DNA of 64,000 bases from Candidatus Undinarchaeota archaeon (GCA_964519305.1 CAZFHY010000014.1:47448-111447), one strand, 5' to 3'. Counted from the stretch's first letter, positions 9,706 through 20,015 are shown. Program-made: numbers and translations. The notes: generated by a model from the sequence alone, not told the origin.

Positions 9706-9738
9706 GGTCCCCACAAAGGGGCCTCATTCCCTCTTTTC
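9703..9738 (+). terminator. Possible hairpin plus pyrimidine tract terminator
   Basis: TGAGG-T-CCCC ACAAA GGGG-CCTCA followed by TTCCCTCTTTTC directly after the stop codon. Confidence 0.3.
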
Positions 9739-9803
9739 GGGGGTAAGGGGGCCGAAAAACCGTGTTATTTTTATACTCCGGACGCTGCTCCCCTCTACTA
9801 TCC

Positions 9804-10589
9804 ATGCGAAGTGCTGTCACGCTACTAGTGCTCGTTCTCATCTGCGGCTGCACCGGCGGTCCGGCGGACGACCTCGCAGCCAACACCACTACAGCAGGTA
9901 CGGACGCACATGATAGGGCGAACCTATTATCGAAGGAGGCGTTACCGCTCCGTGTAGCACAACGTGAGCCGCTGGACCTCACAAGTGTCGAGAGCTTCGG
10001 ACATTACCAGCGTTTCTGCAACGAGACCAACGTCCTCGTCGACGAGATGAACCGGGAGTTCGACCTCGGGATGCCTCGCATGGAGGCCACGCGTGAGGGC
10101 TGGGATAAGGCCGCCGTGACGATCAATGAGTATGGCCCGCTCATCCGCACGCACAACGAGCTCATCGACACGGCCCGCGCTTATGAGAAGGAGCCTACAG
10201 AGGCGAACCTGGAACTCTTCTATCGCAAGTCAGGACGCTTCGCCCTGGAGACGACGCTCATCTCAGGCCTGGTATTCTCGGTCCCCGGAATCACCATCAT
10301 CAGAGTGGGTTATCACGCGACCAAGGTCAACCGGTTCGACTGGGACCGTTCCAGCAGCGTCACCAGGATGCTCAGTGAGGCCAGGGACACGACGAAGGAA
10401 GTGCTCGTCGAGACGAGCCAGACGCCGGCCGACGAGGCGATCGAGGGTATCCTCGAGATGGCGAAAGAGCAGGATGGGATTGAAGCGAGCTTCGATGATC
10501 TGAACGAGTCCCTCGGCGACCTGAAGGACGAGCTCGTCAGCGGGCTCGACGATGTCCGACGTCAGGCGGCCGAGATCACGGACAGCTGA
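9804..10589 (+). CDS. Hypothetical secreted/lipoprotein-like helical protein
   Basis: MRSAVTLLVLVLICGC signal ending in the G-C motif typical of archaeal lipoprotein-like proteins. Confidence 0.65.
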   Translation: MRSAVTLLVLVLICGCTGGPADDLAANTTTAGTDAHDRANLLSKEALPLRVAQREPLDLTSVESFGHYQRFCNETNVLVDEMNREFDLGMPRMEATREGWDKAAVTINEYGPLIRTHNELIDTARAYEKEPTEANLELFYRKSGRFALETTLISGLVFSVPGITIIRVGYHATKVNRFDWDRSSSVTRMLSEARDTTKEVLVETSQTPADEAIEGILEMAKEQDGIEASFDDLNESLGDLKDELVSGLDDVRRQAAEITDS

Positions 10590-10977
10590 TCTGCGGGACG
10601 GACGTCAGTGATACCGATTGTGCATGCCTGCGATGCTCATGCTCTGGAATAGATGGTCCCGTAGCTCATGCTCCCGCGGCGCAGTATGACTCGATAAAAG
10701 GCGCGGATGAGCGTCCATCTAACGAGTTCCATGCGAAGGAGCTGGCTCAAGGACATTTCCGAGATATCGGGGCGGGCATGCGAAGGCCTTTTCATACCTT
10801 CGGCAGGGGGGGGCATACTCTGCATCTAGCAATGAGCTACGACCTCGGGCCATATGAACCTTGCACACTTATTCTCTATACGATATCAATGGTAAAGATG
10901 TCCCCATCTACCAATGGCCCGATGTGACGTCACCGAGGGAGAGATATTTAAGAGTCGTTCGTCGTTTAAAGAACGTC

Positions 10978-11214
10978 ATGGGTGTTGCCGACCGGGATTA
11001 CATGAAGGGCGGGTACGATGAGGGTGACCACCCACCTGCATGTACCTGCTGGAAATGTAACGAGGTCCGGCGTCGCCGTCGCGCAGAAGAGGGGCCGAGG
11101 TCGGAAGATGGAGGGGAGGAAATGTTCGAAGGGCTCCCGGGGATCCTCCAGAACCGTGTGTTCTGGGCCGCGATCGCCATGCTCGCGGGATTCTTCCTCC
11201 TGCGGGCGCTGTGA
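10978..11214 (+). CDS. Small membrane-anchored protein with H..CxCxxC motif
   Basis: MGVADRDY start, HPPACTCWKC, C-terminal TM helix; AT-rich TATA-like element about 30 nt upstream. Confidence 0.55.
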   Translation: MGVADRDYMKGGYDEGDHPPACTCWKCNEVRRRRRAEEGPRSEDGGEEMFEGLPGILQNRVFWAAIAMLAGFFLLRAL

Positions 11215-11306
11215 GCGGTCCTGGAACGAAATATATATTTTGTATGGGTATTTTGGATACTCACATAACCGCTGAGTGGCACATAGATTATTAGGGAGGC
11301 ATAGGA

Positions 11307-14300
11307 TTGGTAATCAAGTTATCCGCACATGGACGCAACAGGGCACAAATGGCAGTGGAGTTCCTGTTGAGCTATGGGTGGCTTATGGTCATCATCGTGA
11401 TCGCGGGGGCAGCCATGTACGCCATGGGCATCCTCCGCCCAGGTACCTATGTCAAGACACATTGTGTTGGATTCGAGAGGCTCCATTACCACGACCACCT
11501 CTTCGGTGCTCCGGGGGAGCCCTTCATCTGGAACATGGAACACGATGATAGCGATTATGACGACCGTGAGAGCGTGTTCGATCTACGGATCCAGAACGGT
11601 GCTGGGATCATGCTACGCGTCACTGAGATGGACGTGCATTATCCCGAGGGCACTCACGTGAAGTGGTCCGAGAAGGGCTTTGGCTGCGCCTATTACAATA
11701 CAGCAGGGAACGTCAGCTCGGGATGCCGCGAGCAGAACGTGTCCGAGGCCGAGCTGACGACCCTCTCCGTCGAGGACGTCGGAGCGGGCACGCTGGACCT
11801 GAAGCATGGCTCGGTCTATCATATGAAGGTGAAGGTGACCTTCGACATTTTCACACAACTCGGAGACCATTCAGAGACGGCAATCTGCTCTGGCAAGATC
11901 GAGGCTGGAGGGACGACCATCTCGGCCATGTCCGTACAAACGTACACCCTCGACTCGAGCTTCGGAGGTGCGGACGCGGTGTATGCCACGGACATTGACG
12001 GTGACGGGGACAATGACATCCTGGGAGCTTCGTTCAACCTCGACGATATCTCGTGGTGGGAGAACGGCAATGACTGGGCAAAACACGACGTCGACACGAA
12101 TTTCGACGGTGCTCGATTCGTTTATGCCGTAGATATTTCCGGCGACAGTGTCGTGGACGTGTTCGGTGCGGCGAATGGAGGGAACGAGATCGCGTACTGG
12201 ACGAACAACGGGGATGGATCGAGCTGGTCCAAGACCAGCATCGACTCGAGCTTCGGTGGCGCCTGTTCTGTGTACGTGGCGGACATCAACGGTGACGGCA
12301 GCCTGGACGTCCTCGGAGCGGCCAACCTGACCGACCAGATCGCTTGGTGGAAGAACACCGGTGGCGGGTGGTCCAAGGGCACGCTCGCCAGCGATTTCGA
12401 TGCGGCGCGCGACGTATATGCAGTGGACATCGACGGTGACGATGACCTCGACGTTCTCGGAGCGGCCTACAACAGCGACGAGATCGCCTGGTGGGAGAAC
12501 GGCGGTGGCACATCGCCCTCATTCTCAAAGCACACAATCGACTCGAGCTTCGACGGTGCCAGTTCGGTCATGGGGATCGACATGGACGGCGACGGCGACA
12601 ATGACGTCGTCGGAGGCGCTTATGAGGCCGGTAGTATCGTCTGGTGGGAGAACGACAACGGCGATGGTTCCAGCTGGACGAGCCATGAGATATCAGGGGA
12701 TTACGAGCACGTGACATCGATCTTCGCCATGGATATGGACGGTGACGGGGATATCGACGTCGTCGCCGCCCAGTACAACGACGGATCGGTCTCCTGGTTC
12801 GAGAACACAGGTGTCCGCTGGGAGCAGCGGATGGTACAGAGCAGTTTCCACGGAGCCATGTCGGTCCACGCGGCCGACCTATCGGGTGACAGCTTCCCCG
12901 ACGTGCTCGGGGCCGCAGAGATTGTCGACACGGTCTCCTGGTGGGAACTGACCCACACACGACGGGCAGGACAAGGACGGGGCGGTACATCAGGCTCGTC
13001 CTCCGGCAGCGGTACCGGCAGCGGTACCGGCAGCGGTACCGGGAGCGGAACGGGCAGTGGAACCGGTTCAGGCACAGGGACCGGCACCGGTAGCGGTTCT
13101 GGTGGCGACACGAGCCCGCCGTCCATCACGCTCACATCGGTCGGAGGCGACAGTTCCACCGCCTATTCGACCTCTGACAACACACCCGATATTGCTATCA
13201 CTACCGACGAGAACGGGTCCTGCCGTGCCAGTGCGACCGACGAGAGCTACACAGACATGAGCGATGACATCACCTGCTCCGGCGGCGGTAGCACCAGCCA
13301 CACATGCACGTTCACAACGCTTTCCGATGGTTCAACGACGCTATATGTCGCCTGCACAGATACGAGCAGCAACGAGCACACAGCATCCACGAATACCGGG
13401 ATAACTCTTGAAGTCGACACAGCGACACCCACCCAGTCCGGATGGGACCCGGCCGACCAGGCATCCGTGTCCTCCAGCTCACCGACGATCAACATAACGC
13501 TGAACGAGAACGGTGACTGCAAGTGGAGCCTCACCGACCAGGCCTACGGTGACATGACGGGCGACTGCACGGGCGACGGGACCACGTCGATCTTGTGCGC
13601 GACCAGCGGGCTCGTGACCGGGACCGAGGAGATCTTCATCGCGTGCCGCGACGACACCGACACTTCGCCGAACGCTGACACAACGGACTCCAACTCGGAG
13701 CTCACGTACACGGTCAGCGAGGGCGGCGTCGCCGGTATCACCCTCACGTCCGCGGGCGGAGATTCCTCCACTGGGGACGTCTCGACCTCCGACAACACTC
13801 CTGAGATAGTCATCACCACCGGCGAGAACGCCTACTGCCGTGCAGGAACCTCCGACGAGAGCTACGGTGATATGGCGGACGACATCACCTGCACCGGTGG
13901 CGGTGGCACCAGCCACACTTGCACCTTCCCGACACAGTCGGATGGGACCGTGACGCTACACGTCTCGTGCAAGGACGGTGACGGCAACGAGGACACCTCG
14001 GAGACGAACATCGACATAACCATGACCATCGACACCCAGCCGCCATCGACGTCCGGTGAGTCACCGTCAAGCGGATCGACTGTCACCACAACCTCTCCGA
14101 CCATCACCATCACCCTTGACGAAGCAGGAGACTGCAAGTGGGACCTTGACGACGACGCCTACGCTAGCATGTCGGGCGACTGCACCGGCGATGGTACGAC
14201 GTCCATCTCGTGCGCTACCAGCGAGATACACGCGGGCGAGGAGATAGTCTACATAGGGTGCCGTGACGAGACCGAGGGCGGTGGGGCCAACGGCGACACC

Positions 14301-15401
14301 GCGGATACCAACACCGAGATATCGCTCACCGTTGACGCGGACGCGATCGCGGACACGGAGGCCATCGGTAGCGGCTACAGCGTGGTCATCGGCGACACCG
14401 GAGGCTACGTGACGATCCTGCGTAACGACTATGCGGACAACACACACTGGACGGCCATCCAGGTGGACCAGCACGACAACGTCGGTGATGTGGCCGTCGG
14501 CGATTTCAACGGCGACGACGAGGTCGATATCGTATCGGGCTCGAGCACAGGCCGTATCTACTTCTACGAGCAGACCTCGAGCGGTGACGGCTCGGCATGG
14601 GACACGATCACGTGGACCGGGAGCTCATCCGCTGTGAAAGGCATCGCCCTGATGAACCTTGACGGTGATAGCGACGATGACATGGCGACCGCTCATTCAG
14701 GCGGTGAGGTCAGACGCTCCCTCAATCCCGGCACCGGTGGCGCTTGGACTAACACCACGATCGCGGACTTCAGCAATCCTGTCGCGCTCACATCGCTCGA
14801 CGTGGGCGACGTCGACGGCGACAACGACCTGGACTACGTGGTAGGGGACGGTGCGAACAAGGTTCGGCTGGTCCTGGATAGCGGCGGTTGGAGCTCCTTG
14901 ACGGTATACAGCGGGACCAAGGACGTCAACGATGTGGCCTTCGGCAACATCAATGGCGCGGGCGGCCTGGACATAGTCATGGGCGGTACCGATGCGGCCG
15001 TCAGCTTCCTCACCAACACCGGCGGCTCGTTTACAGGACCCACCACGATCGGCAGCCTCTCCAACACGCTCTGGGCGCTGGACGTCTACGACGTGGACGG
15101 TGACGGTGACCTCGATGTCGTGACCGGAGACGGTGGAGGCAGCACCGGATACGTCAAGCTCCACCGCAACGGTGGTGGCGGGAGCAGCTGGACCTCGGTC
15201 ACTGTGCGCACGTCCTCGGGTGGCGACATCAACGCCGTGGAGATCATCGACGTGGACCAGGACGGCGACGGCGACGTGCTCTCGGCTGGAAAGGACAACC
15301 TCGTGGTGCTGAGCATCAACGACGGTAACTACAACGACAACTGGTCGTCGTCAACGATGTACACCGCGACCCACACGGTCAACACGCTGGCGCCCATCTG
15401 A
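11307..15401 (+). CDS. Class III signal peptide (pilin-like) giant surface protein: FG-GAP propeller, GSGT linker, four Cys-containing Ig-like repeats, second FG-GAP propeller
   Basis: RAQ/MAVEFLLSYGW prepilin motif; repeated DIDGDGDxDV FG-GAP/VCBS motifs; A-B-A-B Cys repeats; no C-terminal TM. Confidence 0.85.
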   Translation: MVIKLSAHGRNRAQMAVEFLLSYGWLMVIIVIAGAAMYAMGILRPGTYVKTHCVGFERLHYHDHLFGAPGEPFIWNMEHDDSDYDDRESVFDLRIQNGAGIMLRVTEMDVHYPEGTHVKWSEKGFGCAYYNTAGNVSSGCREQNVSEAELTTLSVEDVGAGTLDLKHGSVYHMKVKVTFDIFTQLGDHSETAICSGKIEAGGTTISAMSVQTYTLDSSFGGADAVYATDIDGDGDNDILGASFNLDDISWWENGNDWAKHDVDTNFDGARFVYAVDISGDSVVDVFGAANGGNEIAYWTNNGDGSSWSKTSIDSSFGGACSVYVADINGDGSLDVLGAANLTDQIAWWKNTGGGWSKGTLASDFDAARDVYAVDIDGDDDLDVLGAAYNSDEIAWWENGGGTSPSFSKHTIDSSFDGASSVMGIDMDGDGDNDVVGGAYEAGSIVWWENDNGDGSSWTSHEISGDYEHVTSIFAMDMDGDGDIDVVAAQYNDGSVSWFENTGVRWEQRMVQSSFHGAMSVHAADLSGDSFPDVLGAAEIVDTVSWWELTHTRRAGQGRGGTSGSSSGSGTGSGTGSGTGSGTGSGTGSGTGTGTGSGSGGDTSPPSITLTSVGGDSSTAYSTSDNTPDIAITTDENGSCRASATDESYTDMSDDITCSGGGSTSHTCTFTTLSDGSTTLYVACTDTSSNEHTASTNTGITLEVDTATPTQSGWDPADQASVSSSSPTINITLNENGDCKWSLTDQAYGDMTGDCTGDGTTSILCATSGLVTGTEEIFIACRDDTDTSPNADTTDSNSELTYTVSEGGVAGITLTSAGGDSSTGDVSTSDNTPEIVITTGENAYCRAGTSDESYGDMADDITCTGGGGTSHTCTFPTQSDGTVTLHVSCKDGDGNEDTSETNIDITMTIDTQPPSTSGESPSSGSTVTTTSPTITITLDEAGDCKWDLDDDAYASMSGDCTGDGTTSISCATSEIHAGEEIVYIGCRDETEGGGANGDTADTNTEISLTVDADAIADTEAIGSGYSVVIGDTGGYVTILRNDYADNTHWTAIQVDQHDNVGDVAVGDFNGDDEVDIVSGSSTGRIYFYEQTSSGDGSAWDTITWTGSSSAVKGIALMNLDGDSDDDMATAHSGGEVRRSLNPGTGGAWTNTTIADFSNPVALTSLDVGDVDGDNDLDYVVGDGANKVRLVLDSGGWSSLTVYSGTKDVNDVAFGNINGAGGLDIVMGGTDAAVSFLTNTGGSFTGPTTIGSLSNTLWALDVYDVDGDGDLDVVTGDGGGSTGYVKLHRNGGGGSSWTSVTVRTSSGGDINAVEIIDVDQDGDGDVLSAGKDNLVVLSINDGNYNDNWSSSTMYTATHTVNTLAPI
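13005..13100 (+). repeat. (GGCAGCGGTACC)x3 plus degenerate copies encoding a (GSGT)n linker
   Basis: Read directly. Confidence 0.9.
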
Positions 15402-15511
15402 GCGGAACGGGCCGACCGTTCAAACGGTTGCGCGAGCGTTGCGGGACGGTTACAGGGAACCGATTTAAACAATCGAGCACATAGTCTATCAACAAGGTAG
15501 GTGGAGCAGTA

Positions 15512-18511
15512 ATGAAGTTCACGTTCTCACGCAAAGGTCAGGCATCCTTGGAGTTCCTGATGAGCTACGGGTGGCTGATGGTGATCATCGTCATCGCCGG
15601 AGCAGCGCTGTATGGTATGGGTATCCTCAATCCATCCACGTACCGCAAGACCGGCTGCATCGGTTTCGAGAAGATACACTACCGCGACCATCTCTTCCGT
15701 GCCACGGGAACGACGGGGATCTGGGACCTTACCATGGACAATGTGGATGCTGACGACCGGGACAGCGACTTCAAGCTCCGTATCCAGAACGGTGGGGGGA
15801 TGCAGATCCGCGTAAGCAACGTCGACGTCGAGTACCCGGAAGGTGTGCACGTGACGTGGGCGGAGCGCGGGTACAACTGTGACTACTACAATACAGCAGG
15901 CGACACGACCAGCGGCTGCCGCGAGCAGAACGTGTCCGAGGGCGAGATCGGTACGCTCTCCATCGAGGACGTGGGCGCCGGGACGGTGGACCTGCGCCAT
16001 GGTGCCGGCTACCGGGCCAAGGTGAAGGTCTCCTTTGATGTGTTCAACGCAATAGGCGACCATTCCGAGACCGCCATCTGCTCGGGCAAGATCGCGGGCG
16101 GCCAGGACCCCGAGGCAATCAGCCTCCTAGTCTCGTCGGGTGCCATCGACGAGGACGCTGGTACGTCCACCATCACCGCCCGGCTCTCGGGCCACAATGA
16201 CCTGGACGTGCATGTCGTATTCACCATCTCGGGCACCGCCATTGACGGCACCGACTATACCGTTGACCTTTACGAGGTGACCATCCCGCAGGGTGAACTG
16301 GAGAAGAGCATCACGATAACGTCCATCCACGACAGGGTGGACGAGGACGACGAGACCGTCGTGGCGACGATACAGAGCGTCTCCAACATCGCCCACAACC
16401 AGCATGGACAGTCGGCGACGGTCACCATCACGGACGATGACGACTCGGGCATCGTCACCGACAGCACGCCCGAGGTCTACGAGGACTCGGGCGATGGCTC
16501 GACGACGGACACGTACCAGGTCAAGATGAACAGTGATCCAACCTCGACCGTCACCATCACGCTCGCAGAGACCGTCGACCATCACTCCGAACTTATTATC
16601 ACGAGCTCGACGACGCTGACGTTCACCGGCGGCTCCGGTGGCACCTGGGACGACTATCAGACCGTTACCATCGCTTCCGTGGACGATGACTATGACGAGC
16701 CGACCGATGAGCACAGCGGCCACATAACCCACACCGCCGCGAGCTCCGATCCGCGGTATGACGGGCAGTCACGCCAGATCAATCCTACTATCCACGACGA
16801 TGACGTTGCCGGCATCACGCTCACCGAGGCCGGCGGGTCCACGGCGGTCGACGAGGATGGGGATCCCGACTCCGATACCTACACGGTCGTGCTGAACACC
16901 AGGCCGTACGAAGACGTCGTCATCTCAGTCACCGACGATGACGAAGCGTACACCGACAAGAGCAGCCTGACGTTCAGCAACAGCGACTGGAGCTCGGCGC
17001 AGACCGTAACCGTCACCGCGTTCAAGGACTACATCGACGAGGTGACGGAGCCCCACTCGGCCACAGTCAGCCACAGTGTGTCCAGCTCCGACAACAAGTA
17101 CAACGGCATGTCGCTCTCGTCCGTGTCGGTCAGCATCACCGACGATGATGCTGCGGGAGTGCAGATACCCGACAAGGATGATGAGGTCGACGAGGGTGCG
17201 ACGGGTGACGGGTACTATGACATCGTGCTCACCAGCGAACCCGTCGGGACCGTGACCGTTACTATCGTGGACTTCGATGAGCAGTTCGAGGCAATGAGCC
17301 CGCTGACCTTCAATTCGGGCAACTGGAACTCCAGCCAGCGGGTGACCGTTACGGCCACCAACGACGACGTGGACGAGGCGGCAACGCACTTGCATTACAT
17401 CTGGAACAGCTTCTCCAGTACAGGTCCCAAGTACACTTCTGGTTTCGTGGGCGTGGGTTTCACCATCACCGACAACGACGACGCTGGTATGATCCTCACA
17501 GAGTCAGGCGGCTCCACCGACGTCACCGAAGGCGGGGCCACCGACAGCTACACCGTGGTCCTCGAGAGCGATCCTAACATGACCGTGACTGTGACCATGG
17601 CCAACGACGCGGACCTCCAATCAATGACGGCGCTCACCTTCAATGCCGGCAACTGGAACTCTGCCCAGCCCGTTACCGTAACGGCCAATGACGATTCGCT
17701 GGACGAGACCTCACCGGAAACGAGTACGATCACCCACACGGTTACGAGCTCCAACACCGACTACAATGGCTATGCACTGGGCAACGTCGATGCCGCAGTG
17801 ACCGACGACGACGTGGCGACCATCACCCTCAACCTCGTTGACTCCCCGCTGACTGAGAACGGCGGCACGGCCACGGTGAGCGCGACCGCGAGCACGCCAG
17901 TGGCGGCCGAGGTCACGATAACGCTGGCGTTCTCCGGGACGGCGGTCCTCACGACCGACTACACCCGCTCGGGGACGAGCCTGACCATCCAGGCGGGCCA
18001 GACCTCGTCCAACACGGTCACCCTCACGGGTGTCAACGACGATTTCGATGACGATCCCGTGACGGTGATCGTGGACATAGATGGCGTGAGCCCGGCAGAG
18101 AACGCAGCCGAGAGCGGCACCCAGCAGGAGACCGCGACGATCACCGACGACGACACGGCAAGCATCACGGTCACTGAGTCTGGCGGCTCTACCGATGTCG
18201 ACGAGGAAGGCGAGACATCGGACACCTATACGATCGTCCTCACGAGCGAGCCGACAGCAAGTGTCACGATTGACATCTCATCGGCCGATGAGATCAACGG
18301 TGCGACCGTAAGCCCATCCCAGGTAGTGTTCGATGGCGGGAATCCCTGGAACACACCGCAGACGGTGACTGTGACGGCAGAGGATGACGTCGATGATGAG
18401 GCGGATCCGCATACGGTCCTGATCACGAACGGGGCTGCCACCAGCGGTGATGGTGATTACAGCGGCATGAACCCGGCCGACGTGACCGCGAACATCACCG
18501 ACAACGATTAG
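15512..18511 (+). CDS. Class III signal peptide (pilin-like) surface protein with Calx-beta/cadherin-like repeats ending in (I/V)TD(D/N)D
   Basis: KGQ/ASLEFLMSYGW prepilin motif; N-terminal ~190 aa homologous to the upstream gene; repeated DSYTVVL...P...LTF...NW...QTVTVTA.DD. Confidence 0.85.
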   Translation: MKFTFSRKGQASLEFLMSYGWLMVIIVIAGAALYGMGILNPSTYRKTGCIGFEKIHYRDHLFRATGTTGIWDLTMDNVDADDRDSDFKLRIQNGGGMQIRVSNVDVEYPEGVHVTWAERGYNCDYYNTAGDTTSGCREQNVSEGEIGTLSIEDVGAGTVDLRHGAGYRAKVKVSFDVFNAIGDHSETAICSGKIAGGQDPEAISLLVSSGAIDEDAGTSTITARLSGHNDLDVHVVFTISGTAIDGTDYTVDLYEVTIPQGELEKSITITSIHDRVDEDDETVVATIQSVSNIAHNQHGQSATVTITDDDDSGIVTDSTPEVYEDSGDGSTTDTYQVKMNSDPTSTVTITLAETVDHHSELIITSSTTLTFTGGSGGTWDDYQTVTIASVDDDYDEPTDEHSGHITHTAASSDPRYDGQSRQINPTIHDDDVAGITLTEAGGSTAVDEDGDPDSDTYTVVLNTRPYEDVVISVTDDDEAYTDKSSLTFSNSDWSSAQTVTVTAFKDYIDEVTEPHSATVSHSVSSSDNKYNGMSLSSVSVSITDDDAAGVQIPDKDDEVDEGATGDGYYDIVLTSEPVGTVTVTIVDFDEQFEAMSPLTFNSGNWNSSQRVTVTATNDDVDEAATHLHYIWNSFSSTGPKYTSGFVGVGFTITDNDDAGMILTESGGSTDVTEGGATDSYTVVLESDPNMTVTVTMANDADLQSMTALTFNAGNWNSAQPVTVTANDDSLDETSPETSTITHTVTSSNTDYNGYALGNVDAAVTDDDVATITLNLVDSPLTENGGTATVSATASTPVAAEVTITLAFSGTAVLTTDYTRSGTSLTIQAGQTSSNTVTLTGVNDDFDDDPVTVIVDIDGVSPAENAAESGTQQETATITDDDTASITVTESGGSTDVDEEGETSDTYTIVLTSEPTASVTIDISSADEINGATVSPSQVVFDGGNPWNTPQTVTVTAEDDVDDEADPHTVLITNGAATSGDGDYSGMNPADVTANITDND

Positions 18512-18532
18512 GAGAGGGTGCGCCCCCCGGCC

Positions 18533-19801
18533 TCAGTCGGGACCGGTCGAGTACACGCACCGCCGCAGGAACAGCTCGGGCTTCCCCACCACGGCACGGT
18601 CCAGGTCGACATCCATGCCCAGGTCGGCGAGGAACCTGCCGTGCGCTCTCCCCAACCTGCACTCGACGTCCGACGGTACCGTGTACGCAAGCTCCGGAGC
18701 TTCCGAGAGCACCTTCATGTTCGTGTCCCGTGTCCGTCCCACGGGCATGTAGACCAGACCGTACCTGGCGAACTGGCCGAGGTTGAGCGAGACCGCGGCC
18801 TTGAGCACCTTGAGCATACGCTCACGCTGGAGCGGCTTGAGGGAGATGGAGTAGAGCACGTCCTCGTGGGATAGCACATAGAAGCTCGGCAGCCTGTAGG
18901 TGCTCTGGAGCCGTTCGAGCCGTTCCCTATGCCTCTCCTCCCGTCTCCTGAAGTGCTTGAGGATGACCACGCTCCGGTCGGTACCCGGTACCCTGCTGCT
19001 AACTAGGGTACGAAGGCGGGTGGGCGGCGACCTGGCTCCCCATCGGTGCAGCCGCCCGAAGATGGTGCGGACCATTGAAAATGGTCGTTCATCTCCCCAG
19101 AAGGGGATCCTGGGAGCAGGATAGTATACGCGCTGCACGCGTTTAAGGATTTCGTCCACGGGTCGGGCGACCTCGTCCCGTGAGAGCACCGTGCACACGT
19201 ACCCGGTCTTGGCGTTGATGGTCCCGGGGATGCGGAAGATGCGGCGCGTGTCAATGGTCGTCTTCCCGTCAACGACGATCCCCGCCTCGCCGACCTCCTC
19301 CACCATGGCCTTGTTGGCCTCCTTGTACGCGTCCTCCCGCGCCTCGGGATCGGGCTCTGCGATGCGCTCGTTGTCGCACACGACATGGAACCCCTTGCTC
19401 CCGCTGAAGGCGATGTAGCGCACGTTCACACCCTTGCCATCAAGGAACCCGAGAAGAGAGAGCGTCTGCTTCCGCACGTCCTCCAGCGTCCTGAGTTCTT
19501 CTCCCACGTCCAGGTCGAAAACGAGGTCGTTGTAGAGGAACATAGCCGTCTTGAGTGCCTTGGGCCCCAGTTTCTCAGGTGTCAGAAAACAGGATGTCGT
19601 GTAGTAGGCGTCCTGTGGCGCGTGGCGTACGAGCTGCTCCTTGAGCTGGTCGGCAGTACGCACATGCTCCTTGATCTTCTTGAACCGACCGTCGATGCGG
19701 AACCGGAAGTGACGGAACCGTACGTTCGGGATGGGGAACGCGGGCGTCAGTCCCCTGTAGTACGATTCAGCCTTCTTGTCGGACCCTGACCAGATTACCA
19801 T
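18533..19801 (-). CDS. Stand-alone archaeo-eukaryotic primase (AEP/PriS-like) domain protein with C-terminal extension
   Basis: LVFDLD (motif I), FSGSKGFH (motif II), IDTRRIFRIPGT (motif III); ATG 19801 preferred over 19870. Confidence 0.85.
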   Translation of the reverse strand: MVIWSGSDKKAESYYRGLTPAFPIPNVRFRHFRFRIDGRFKKIKEHVRTADQLKEQLVRHAPQDAYYTTSCFLTPEKLGPKALKTAMFLYNDLVFDLDVGEELRTLEDVRKQTLSLLGFLDGKGVNVRYIAFSGSKGFHVVCDNERIAEPDPEAREDAYKEANKAMVEEVGEAGIVVDGKTTIDTRRIFRIPGTINAKTGYVCTVLSRDEVARPVDEILKRVQRVYYPAPRIPFWGDERPFSMVRTIFGRLHRWGARSPPTRLRTLVSSRVPGTDRSVVILKHFRRREERHRERLERLQSTYRLPSFYVLSHEDVLYSISLKPLQRERMLKVLKAAVSLNLGQFARYGLVYMPVGRTRDTNMKVLSEAPELAYTVPSDVECRLGRAHGRFLADLGMDVDLDRAVVGKPELFLRRCVYSTGPD

Positions 19802-20015
19802 ACTTCTCGGCCGTGATGTAGGTCTCCAGCGCCTTGACGAAACTGTCGGGTGCATCCCTGGGGCGGACACCGATGAGCGCGGACCTGATCTCGGCCTTGG
19901 TCATACCATCGCGGAACCGGTCACCGTGGTTGTCCTTTATCCACATGATCACCGAGTCATAGCCACCGTAGTCAGGCCCGTAGATGAGGTCCCAGATGAA
20001 GTCGAAGAGTCCCAT
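19767..20015 (-). CDS. Hypothetical 82-aa protein overlapping the AEP gene start
   Basis: TTTAAA TATA-like element about 25 nt upstream; host-like codon use; 35-nt overlap with the AEP gene. Confidence 0.6.
   Translation of the reverse strand: MGLFDFIWDLIYGPDYGGYDSVIMWIKDNHGDRFRDGMTKAEIRSALIGVRPRDAPDSFVKALETYITAEKYGNLVRVRQEG

Noticed and set aside
10590-10860. Possible ncRNA or small ORF in the intergenic gap
   Set aside because: No tRNA cloverleaf or recognisable RNA family, and the 62-aa minus-strand ORF lacks supporting signals.
9646-13100. CRISPR array suggested by short repeats
   Set aside because: The repeats are contiguous 12-mers inside coding sequence without unique spacers, and there are no cas genes.
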